A DNA stretch of 64,000 nt from Adineta vaga (Eukaryota; Animalia; Rotifera), in assembly GCA_021613535.1 (NCBI GenBank), contig CP075495.1, forward strand, positions 4,774,001-4,838,000, read 5' to 3'. The notes below the pieces were generated by a model. That model was not told where the DNA came from. It was given only the letters and a program-made list of their open reading frames with translations, and ran no database searches. Positions 39,213-51,445 of the stretch are shown here, one piece after another. Numbering within the stretch: position 1 is the stretch's first letter; the number at the start of each line of letters is the position of its first letter. The translations under genes were made by a program, and so were the position numbers.

Positions 39213-39661
39213 TCACATTGGAAGTTTATCTAATCGAGTAGGTGTTTTTCCTAGCCAATACCACCGACCATAATCTGCAAAAATTTCTTCCCCACCGGCA
39301 ATATCTCGTTTAGCAATAACATAAGCACATTGCTCATCAGGACGTTTGTCAAATATAACATTATGTAAAAGACGATTTCGTGGATCATTTATATATCTAC
39401 CAAGAACAGTTTTATCATCATATGGATTGACATAGACTTGTGGACCGAGTCGCATCAAATAGCTTTTATCTTCTAAGCGTATTGCATCAACAGTTCGAAG
39501 GACTTGACCAGTATAAATACATACACATGAATCTTTAGTAATTGGAGATCGAGTAAACAAACCAGAACCAGCACCTAATGATAATAGGAAAATCGAAAAA
39601 ACGAAGTTTTGTACTTAAATGTACCTGGAATTTGTGATGATTTAATTTCAAGTTCAACCAT
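39213..39661 (-). CDS. small stand-alone SET-domain protein of microbial/protist type, 2 exons
   Basis: MVELEIKSSQIP|GAGSGLFT..IYTG..SYLMRLG..GRYIND..AKRDIAGGEEIFADYGRWYW, about 133 aa, with no pre-SET or post-SET region. Confidence 0.85.
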
Positions 39662-40061
39662 CAGATCTGAAAGAAGAATTTGTTGTGTGTAAAAATCTTT
39701 CCATAGAAAATATTCATTTGATCGAATCAATATTCTTTTATATTCAAAAGCGAGATAGAAAAGAAAGAATTTATGTCGTTCTTCTAATGCACATATATTT
39801 TATTTCGATAGAATATTGCTTAAAACGACTACAATCAAAGCATGATGACAACAACATCAAACAAAGAAAGAGAAACATATAAATGGATGATATCACAAAA
39901 CCATGGTTCCATAGACAATACCGAATAAAAACATTAGTTATTCACCGGTCTTCTACACTATAATAAAGGAAGATGACATTAAATTTCCTATGAAAATAAA
40001 ATTATGAAGAATTTTTTGATTTGTTATTTTGTTTTGTTTTGTTTTTATATTTGATATAAAC

Positions 40062-41233
40062 TTAATCAATTTTCTTTTGATCACGAGTTTTGTTTTGATG
40101 CTGTTTACCATCTTGTTTATTGTCTCGTTTTGTTTTAAATATATATGATCCAAGAAAGAAATGAGCAAATAATAGAAAATATGTACCATACATCATTAAC
40201 GAGACTTTTAAATTTTCGTCAGTTACTTGACACATTTCACCATTCTTTTTATATTGCCAAGCTTGTAAATTAATATAACAACCGATAATCATTTGACTTA
40301 GTTGAAGTAATGTTATGATCATTGATACCCAACGTGATATACGAAATTTCATTGCCCGTAAAGCATAATACTAGAAACAATATCAAATTGATTCAAGAAC
40401 AAATCAGATTTTAAACAAGAAACTTACAGAATACATTATTCCATGAACAACATAATTCAATCCACAAAACCATCTAAACAAGAATAGATAAAAAAAACGA
40501 TTAAATTTCTCTCATAATTCGTTTCTTACCTTCCCGTTGAACTATAATCTTGATAACTAAACCAACAATAGATCAAAACTGATGCATGATGATACCAATG
40601 AAGAAAGATAAGTGGTTGTTTACGTAGAACAATAAATATCGTATCAATTAATTCAGGTAATTTTGAAAAACAAAATGCCCATGTCCTTAAACAAAAACAA
40701 ACGAAAGTTATTTGAATTTTTCTCAAATTTTTCTTTCCATACCAAAATCCAACGACACCGAATGCATTAGAATTATTGCAAATCGAATATTTAATCCCAT
40801 GTTTATAGAGTACATAGATCAATTCTGGTAAAACTCTCATGGCTCCAAAGATTGAAAACACGGCTAACAAAGTATTCCATGCCGCTAACCATAAACGTAA
40901 TTCAAATCTTGGTTTATTTTTCATATAAATCTGACCAGCTAAGATCAAAATCAAATCATTTGCATTGTTCAATTAGGAAAAACAAACATATTTGAACTTA
41001 CTGTATATTATAAATAGATAGGCTAATGCATAGAAAAAACTATTATGCCAACGTTGAATCATGAATGTACGTAAATCACGTAAGGTAGCCATTTGATCAC
41101 TATATCGTTCGAAATCAAAGACATAGAATAAAGGTGAAACATCATTCGATTGAGATGATTGTTGGACTGTCTCAGTTAATGAACTATTAAATTGCTCAAA
41201 ATAATTCGAAATGTGTGAAACGATGGTAACCAT
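40062..41233 (-). CDS. ELOVL6: fatty acid elongase, ELOVL6-like
   Basis: SKLPELIDTIFIVLRKQPLIFLHWYHH, HGIMYSYYALRA, ITLLQLSQM and a C-terminal KKID ER-retention-type motif. Confidence 0.92.
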
Positions 41234-42066
41234 AATTGATGTTATAAAAACACACACTCAAATAATCTAAAAGAAAAACTCTTCATTTTTTATTTACTTT
41301 CTAAATGTCGAAAAAAAAATTATATATGACAAAATAAATCATACGAAATTCTAGTTTTTTCTTTCACAAAAACAGGTTATGTAGATGTCTTCTCTGTTTT
41401 CAAAGTACAAAAATCTTTATATATATATTTATTTTGTGTACACCAAATTTCTACATTAGATAGACTATCTACGATAAATGCTCATGAATCACGTAAAGAT
41501 AATAGATAAAAAAATTCTATTCGAATCGACAATGGCTGTTTTTCTTTTGGTTCTCACATGAGAATGTAAAACTTGTGTGTTTTTTTCATCTAGAGGACAA
41601 AGAGAAAAAAATATGCAACTTCCACCGAAAGAGGTCGTCGAAGCCATAGGAAGGGAAAGAAGGTTGTCACGATAATAATAAACTATATCACGCAAAAAAG
41701 AGAAAAAGACAACTGCACCATAAAATATACCTGCTATATATAAAAAAAAAGAAATAAATCAAGCGCATAGTCGGTTGTCCTTGGTATGATTCGGTAGTTA
41801 TGTAAATATACCTACGTTTGTTTTCTCTTTATCGTAGTATCTTAGATACAACAATAAACAAATCTTTTGTTATTTTTTACATGATTTACGGAAAACAGAA
41901 GAAGTGTTCATCGAGAAAGGTCTTGTCAATAGTTATTTTCAAGTATATTGTTTTGAACTCTTTATTAGTATTGGTCAAATAACAAAAATATCTTTCTATG
42001 TTGATTTAGTACAGTTTACTGTAAAAACAATAGGTTTGAAATAAACTAACACACATGGAAAGAAAT

Positions 42067-42451
42067 TCATATGGCATATTTTTGTGTACATTCGCGAGCA
42101 GTCTAAAATAATAGATAAATGAAATACAAAATAGTCATCAATCTGATTTTTGGTGGTTTAAACAGGATAATCAGTTGGAAAAGTAGTTGTGAGAAAAAAT
42201 ATGTCAGATTGATATGGTGAATCACCTATGGGAAATTAGAAATTTGTAAATAATCAACTCAGATTTCTATATATATTAGGACCGAGAATCATACCTTGCC
42301 AATTGAACAGATCACTCGATTCATTCTAAATATAAAAGAATTGCAAATAATATGTCATGAAAAGAACTATTCATACTGATTCAGTACTGACATTTGATGG
42401 TGGTTCACGTTGTAAATCTTGTAATTCTTTTATAATAAGTTTAAGTGCCAT
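42067..42451 (-). pseudogene. UBE2D/UBC4-family ubiquitin-conjugating enzyme pseudogene
   Basis: MALKLIIKELQDLQREPPSNVSTES / NESSDLFNWQGMILGP / GDSPYQSDIFFLTTTFPTDYP(frameshift)FKPPKI / TARECTQ(frameshift). One donor site is lost and the catalytic-Cys region is absent. Confidence 0.85.
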
Positions 42452-44148
42452 ATGATATCTGGAAGTAATAGAAAAACAACACCATTAAAGTTTAATATTT
42501 AATGTTCATCAATGAAATATGTCATTTTTTCTTCGATTTTGACTTAGGATTCAATTACTACTAAGGTCAAAATATTCTGCAAACGGCTATTGCATTAACA
42601 AGATAAATAATCATTAAGAAGTATACCATTAAGAACTTGTTAAATGCAAAATAGTATCACTTGTAACCTTTGTTAGACTAGAATATGTTTTGTTTTTGGG
42701 ATAAAGTAAACTCTGTTTTTATACGTAAGAATAAAATTTCCTTTTTCATGAACACCCCACCGTCGCTTTAGTATTATCGGTGAAAAAGCCTAAAATTAAC
42801 AATGAATCTATGACTTAGAGCAACGTATGTTTCATTTCTCTTGAATTCATCTGTTTTTTTTTATAAATTTTTATATAAAGATTTCTCATCAGAAAATAAA
42901 AGCTATATTGCATGTCTCGAAAGCCTAGTTTCATTAATTTTTTCCTTATTAATCCTACTAGATATAATTGAATAGTTTGAATTCAATTAAGAGTTTATAC
43001 AGACTTTGTATCGAGCAACAAATATTCTATATTGAAAGAAACAGAGTAGTGTTTTCTTATCACAAAATTGGCTTTTTTACTAAAATAAAATCTATCGACT
43101 TTTTACGATCAATGATCTGAATAATATAAATTTGATTCAAAATCAAACAGATTGGCAATGAACTTTATGTTTTTAAATATTATAGTTTATGATCTGGTAA
43201 TGTTTTGTATAAGTTACACAGACTAAATTTTCTGTCTCGTTTGTTTTCTTCTTAATTATTACGATACTTTCTAGACTTTAAGGAAATCTTGAATGAAATA
43301 AGATATCATATGTTTTAAAGTAACACAGTTGTATAGAAAATATTTCATATTCTATTTATGTGTATTTGCAAATCAACAAAACGAAAACAAATGAAAGCTC
43401 ATAGGTTTACTATCGAAATAGAAGCAAAGAATTTTTTGTTTAGAAAGATATAATTTCACCTGAAAGAGAAACTAATATTTATTCTGACTGTTTCATTATG
43501 CAATTTTCAGAAAGAATTTTAGCAAAAATACTTCATCGTGAATTATTCCCATTAGCGACCATATTAAATGTTTTTTTCTTTCTTTTCTCGTTCTTTCTCA
43601 ATATAATGATTCAAAGTCCACAAAAAGTATTCTTTTTCCCTCGATGTTTTTGTTCTGCTTTGTCTCAAGTAGCAGAATAAGAACACATTAAGTAAATTTT
43701 CGTTGAATTTGTTTAATCAAAAGAAAAAAGAAGATAGAGAGAGAGAGAGAGAGAGAAGATAGTGAAGCAGACAAAGGCAATAAACACACAGAGACAGTGA
43801 GCAAAAAGAAGAGCATGATGACCAAATAGACAAAATAGAAACTAATGAACATCGATTATTATCATCAAAAAAAAAGAATTTTTAATCATTTGAACTTTAG
43901 TTTGTCTTCTGTCTTCTCTATCTTGTTTTTTTATTGTTACTTGAAGCTCATCTTTCTTTGAATACACACAAACATCGTACATACATAATAGTTACACTCG
44001 AATAAAGAAGGGGAAAAAGAGACAAGATGTTTCTATGTTTGTCCATTTCATTCAACACAAAGAAAAGAGAAAGAGAGAGAGAGACAGACAGAAAGTAGAG
44101 CTTAAAAAAGAAGAGAAATGTGCTGTTGTTAATTGTTTATATTCATCA

Positions 44149-44879
<731 letters not shown>

Positions 44880-45942
44880 TCGAAAGTGATGAAATCAAAC
44901 TAAGGTATACGCTATGGAATAAGATCAAATTTTAAAATATTATTGTTTTGAAAGAATGATCTAGAAAAGAAGAAAAATGTGCTTTTTTTTCTTTTTGACG
45001 GGGAGGGTAGTACGACAATAATAATGATGAAATGAGCACAAAAAAAGAAGAAGAAGAAAAAAAGGAGGATTGCGACAAGCATTTGATGAAGGCGAAGACG
45101 AGTTCGCCCGTAACACGCTGTAATAGTAAAAGAAAAAGAAAAAAAATCGACAGCATAGACGACGATAATATAGGGCCAGTAGGGTGATGATGGAGAGAGC
45201 GCGAATGAGAAAGGAGAGAGAAGAAAAATCATTGAATTGTTCTTACGGGGCCAATGTATATATGTATATATATATATATATCAAACGATTGGTTATTGAA
45301 CAAAAAGAAAAAAATAAACAAAGAAAAAGGAAATAAATAAATAAAAAAATATCAATAAAATCATTCTGAGTGAAGTTTTTTGTGTTTTGATAGATAAAAA
45401 CCACTTCAAACGAAAAAGCATTTCAATTTATGACAAAATTATCGAACTCTTTGATTTATAGATGATAGATTTGAAATTTTATATTATACAAATCATCTAC
45501 TAAAAAGATACTGATTACCATATAACTAACAGTTCTTTTCTTTTGTCTCCTCCTTCTGTTTCGTCATTACATATTTATCACATACATACATACATACAAA
45601 CATCATCAGGCGCCTAATAAACACGTGATTCAAGTTGCATGTGGCGATATTTATTTCAAGATGAAATTTGATTTGAGAAATCTATATTTTTCTCTACGAA
45701 ATTAGATTTATTATAGAACAATGAAATTTATTTGCAAAATCATTTAAATAGCTCATAGAGGATCATGCGAAAGGCTAATGTACTTTGCTAATGACGTCAC
45801 ACTCGAAAAGTGCAATGCAGTACTCAGCCCAGCCTCTCCATATGGTCTTGTTTTATTTAGGACAGAAAAGGAGAAAGAAAAACTTCAAACTCGTTTTCAG
45901 TTATTTTTCTAATTTTCTAATTATTTTTCTGACTTTTTCTAG

Positions 45943-48900
45943 ATGGAAAGACTTGTTTCATCGATTTCTCGACCGTCCATCGGTTCGATACGGTGTTTAC
46001 CGCAATTGATGCTTCTATCGCGCGGTGCACATAAAGCTCATCGTGAATCATTTCTCAATGCATCATCATCAAATTATATCGATGAAATGTATGAACAATG
46101 GTCTAAAGATCCTCAATCAGTACATAAAGTATGCTCCAAAAACTTTATTAAACATCAAATAAAGTCGTTTAACTTTGCTCTGTCTTTCTAGTCATGGGAT
46201 CTTTATTTTCGCAATCAAGTTTATCAACGACCACCAACATTGGGTATTACTCCACCATCACCAGCTTTAACACAATATTATCAAATGACAGGTTTTCTTC
46301 ATCAACAACCGGCTGGTATATCTCAACAACAACAATCACAATTACAAACAACTTCAAGTACCGGTGGTGTTCAAGAATTACCACTTGATATCAAAGCTAT
46401 ACATGACCATATGGCTGTTCAAGCTCTCGTACGATCTTATCAGGTTTGTACATATTCATCAGTATATTATTTTAAAGAAATATTCGTTGAATGAAACGAA
46501 AACTAATTACTAAATGATATTATTCTATCTATCCTCTTCCAGATGCGTGGTCACAAATTAGCACAACTTGATCCACTTTCGCTCTCATCAGCTGATCTCG
46601 ATGCTGAAAGACCAAATGACTTAACATATAATTTTTATAATTTTAGTAAGATTTCACAACGTATATCCATGACATATCTCTAGTTGAGATTGATTCTTTC
46701 AAACTCGAAAAAAAGAATGAAAACAAAAAAGAAATAATAACTATTTTAATTCTAGCTTTATGGACATCATGAAGCTAAACTTGATCCACTCGGTATTCTT
46801 GAAGCTGATCTATCTGGTGAACGACCAGAAGGAATCAGATTATCTTCACATAAATTGAGTAAGATAAGAAAAAAGGAAAACAAAACAATATCATACCTGC
46901 TTGTGTCTGTGTAAAATCATTAGTATAGAATTCAAACTCAACTAGAGATATGGCTGATGCATGGTTTCCAAATGTTGTCTTAGAAACTTGATTAAATCAT
47001 ATCTTATTTTGTTCTTAAATTTAAGGTGAAGCAGATCTCGATCGAAAATTTGTCCTTCCACCTATTACATTTATTGGTGGACAAGAAAACGAACTTTCAT
47101 TACGTGAAATTATACGACGTTTAGAAGTATGAAATAAAGATGTGTTTTGTTGATATTTGAATGACTTATTTTCTTTTATTTAGGATGTTTATTGTCAAAC
47201 GATTGGTTTGGAATATATGTATATAAATAGTTATGAAAAATGTAACTGGATTCGACAACGATTTGAAGATCCACAACAGAAAAAAATCGGAGTTAAAGAT
47301 ATTGAACGTGCAGTTAAACGACTTATTCGAGCATCAAAGTAAGAGAAAAAGATTTTTTTTTGAAATATTCTATTCGATAATTATTTCTTCTAACTTAGAT
47401 TTGAAGATTATTTAAAAAAGAAATGGAGTTCAGAAAAACGTTTTGGTCTTGAAGGTTGCGAAGTTCTTATACCAGCTATGAAAATGGTTATCGATACAGC
47501 TGCTGGTAAAGGTGTTGACACTGTTATCATGGGCATGCCACATCGGTACGTATTTGAATCTATTCATGGTTATGTTAATAAAATTAACTTCAATAATTTT
47601 TTATCTATGTAGTGGTCGTCTTAATGTTCTTGCCAATGTAACACGTAAACCATTAGAAGAATTGTTTTGTCAATTTGATCCAAAATTGGAACCATCGGAT
47701 GTTTCGGTAAATAGAACAGAAAGAAGCATAGAGAGAATTTCGTTTTTTCTTTTGCAATATTATTTTCATCCTTCATATTAATAAGAAAGAGACACATAAA
47801 CCTTATATTATCGTAAGTTTTCCATTTATTTTCCTTTCGATGTTGCAAGATAGTTGGTTGAACACACGTCATTGATGACGATCATATGTCTTTTTTTTTA
47901 TTGAGACACCTATTCCTATTTAAACCTTCGTAAACGTTTTGTCTAGGTTTATTTTTTGATGTTGATTAAAAAATTCATTTTTAACTTAAACATAAAATAC
48001 TTTAAGGGTTCTGGCGATGTCAAATATCATTTGGGTACATGTATTGAACGTTTGAATCGTGCATCTAATACAATGGTTAAATTTGCATTGGTTGCTAATC
48101 CATCTCATTTAGAAGGTAAGAAGAATTTTGTTTATGTATTTTTGCTCTTATGTATGATATATATTTGTTTTATGTAAACAGCTGTTGATCCTGTTGTACA
48201 AGGTAAAACTCGTGCCGAACAATTCTATCGTGGTGACAAAACAGGTGACAAGGCAATGAGTATACTATTACATGGTGATGCTGCTTTTGCTGGTCAAGGT
48301 GTCGTTTATGAAACATTTCATTTGAGTGATTTACCAGCTTATACAACTCATGGAACTATTCATATCATTTGCAACAATCAAGTAAACACATAATAATAAA
48401 TGAGAGAAAACGAACGATATTTTTCGTTTTCTTAAAAATTTTAGATTGGTTTTACCACTGATCCACGTATGGCTCGTTCAAGTCCATATTGTACTGATGT
48501 TGCACGTGTCGTCAATGCTCCTATCTTTCATGTTAATGCCGATGATGTAGAATCAGTTCTACATGTTGCAAAAGTTGCTGCTGAATGGAGATGTACATTC
48601 AAAAAAGATGTTGTCATCGATCTGGTATATTATTTTTTAATCTTTTTGTAAAATTAGTTAACGAACAAATCTTTTAGGTCTGTTATCGTCGTCAAGGTCA
48701 TAATGAAACAGATGAACCTATGTATACACAACCATTCATGTTTGTTCAATTCTGATTGAATTTTTCAATTTTAAATCAATCTTTTTTTCATTAGGTATAA
48801 AAAGATTCATAAACAAAAACCTGTCTTACAAAAATGGGTTGAAAAATTAGTCAGTGAAGGAACAATTAAACAAGATTGGTATGACGTATGTATTGAAATA

Positions 48901-50916
48901 TTCAAATTTGAATACATCTTCAGAAAAAAAATTTGCATATGTACATTTATTTAGGCTGAAGAAGCTAAATATCAAAAAATTCTTGATGATGCTTTTGCCA
49001 ATTCAAAGAGTCCTGCTTATGCTAAGGATAAAAATTGGCTTGATTCACCATGGAAAGGTTTCTTCACTGGAAAAGGTCCTTTTCCATATCCTAAAACTGG
49101 CATATCTGAAGAAACTTTAAATAGCATTGGTATTAAAGCTCATGAATTACCTGAAGGTTTTAATCTTCATCGTGGTTTGAAACGTGTTTTTGAAAATCGT
49201 GCTAAAATGTTAAAAGAACGAGAAGTTGATTGGGCATTAGGTGAATCAATGGCTGTTGGAAGCGTTTTATTAGATGGACATCATGTTCGTTTAAGTGGAC
49301 AAGATGTTGAACGTGGAACATTTTCTCATCGTCATCATGTTTTACATGATCAAGATAAAGATTTAGTTTTTCACGTACCAATGAATTATCTTCATCCAAC
49401 ACAAGGTCATTATACAATTTGTAATAGTTCATTATCAGAATTTGCTGCATTGGGTTTTGAACTTGGATATTCAACAACAAATCCTAATTCTCTAGTCATC
49501 TGGGAAGCACAATTTGGTTTGCATATAGAATTGAACTTGGAAGAGATCTGTCTATTTTTTTTGTATAGGTGATTTTGTCAATAATGCACAATGTATTATT
49601 GATCAATTTATTTCAAGTGGACAAGCTAAATGGGTTCGTCAAAGTGGACTTGTCCTTCTTTTACCGCACGGATATGAAGGACAAGGACCAGAACATTCAT
49701 CAGCACGTTTAGAACGATTCTTACAGGTATACTTTTTTTGACATAAAATTAAAAGATTCAAAATAGTTCAACTTAACAAAAACTAACAGATGAAAATAAT
49801 CTATTGAATTCCCATTCATATATAAACTATTCTTTAGATGGCTGATGAAGATGAAGATCATGTGACAGAAATCAAAGAAACAAAACATCTTCAACATAAT
49901 GATCTTGCTATGTATCAATTAGATGATACTAATTGGATTATTGCTCATTTAACAACACCGGCAAATTATTTTCATATTCTTCGTCGTCAATTAGCACTTC
50001 CGTTTCGTAAACCATTAATCATGATGTCACCTAAATCATTACTTCGTTTACCTGAATGTCGTTCATCATTTGATGAAATGATTACTGGTAAATAATATCT
50101 TACTCAATTTTCTATACGAATCAATGGATCCGTATTTTTTAGGTACAAGTTTTCGAAGAATCTATCCTGAAGAAGGTGTCGCAACCGAAAATCCTGATGA
50201 TGTTAAAAAGATTATCTTCTGTTCAGGCAAAACTTACTATGATCTTTATAAAGAACGTGTAACTAACAAATTAGACTCTCAAATAGCTATTGTACGTATC
50301 GAACAATTATGTCCATTTCCATTCGATGAAATTCGTAAAGAATTGGAAAAATATAAGAATGCTAAAGTATGTTTCGCACAAGAAGAACATAAAAATATGG
50401 GACCAGTAAGTGATTGAGTAAAGATTTCCTGATTTGTACCAAATATCTAATTCACTTTTAGTATACGTTCTGTAAACCACGTCTTGCATGTCTTCTTCGA
50501 TCAATGAACGATGCACGAGCTGGAGAAATCAAGTAAGTTTTTTTCATTAGTTTTCAGTCTTTTTTCTTATTCCGACAAACTTCATCTAAACTTCTAGTGA
50601 TTGGTAAGTTTGTTTTTGTATATAAGAGCTATACAATAGCTGTTGTACTGTAGTATCAATTTACGCATGTATCTTAAAGTTCACTGACCTGTGTATGCCG
50701 TCCGTTTTTTTTTACAAAAATTCATACATTTATCCCTATAAACTCCCTTATTTCAATTTCGCTGTATATTATATTTGAGAATGAAATTTGAAATTAATAC
50801 TTGTATATTATTTTAGTTATGCTGGACGAGATTCTGCTGCAGCAACGGCAACGGGTATCAAATCAAGTCATTATTTAGAACAGAAGAATTACATGCAGCA
50901 AGCAATGGCCTTTTAA
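45943..50916 (+). CDS. OGDH: 2-oxoglutarate dehydrogenase E1, mitochondrial
   Basis: Transit-peptide-like N-terminus, [95 protein letters not shown]. Confidence 0.97.
46543..46645 (+). other. OGDH mutually exclusive exon A (103 nt)
   Basis: ccag|ATG..TTTA|gtaag encodes [34 protein letters not shown]. Confidence 0.85.
46756..46858 (+). other. OGDH mutually exclusive exon B (103 nt)
   Basis: ctag|CTT..TTGA|gtaag encodes [34 protein letters not shown]. Confidence 0.85.
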
Positions 50917-51445
50917 CTCATTAATTAACAATAACCCTTCCATCTCCTTGTCTTTTCTTCTCTTATTCAAATTGTTTAGTTTTCATTTTCACTTTTTTTC
51001 TCTTCCGATATCCTATTTTTGTGTCAGTGCGAATAAAACTATACTAGCTTCTAGATAAATCTTTATGAAATTGTTTTTACGCATGGAAAATGCTTCTATT
51101 TGATATATATTTAACTTTTATTATTTGATGTAGTCCAATAAAACGAAAAGCTGATCATGCTGCCCCTGATCGTTCCTATTCAGATATTGAGAAGCTATTC
51201 TATCTACAAATCGTTTCGTTGCAGAATGCATTTGACGACGAAAAAAATAGTTCTCTCTTAAGCAAAAAACAGATGGAGAAAAAGAAAAACCGAAAAGCAT
51301 GACCGCAACAAATAGAAAGATTGAATATCTGAACAAGACGCGCAAGAAAAAGAGAGAGGAAGAGAGAGAGAATGTTCGAATTATTTGGCATTTACAAAAA
51401 CGAAAACTATTTATGGTCACAAATAGTTGAAATTGTTCAAAATAA

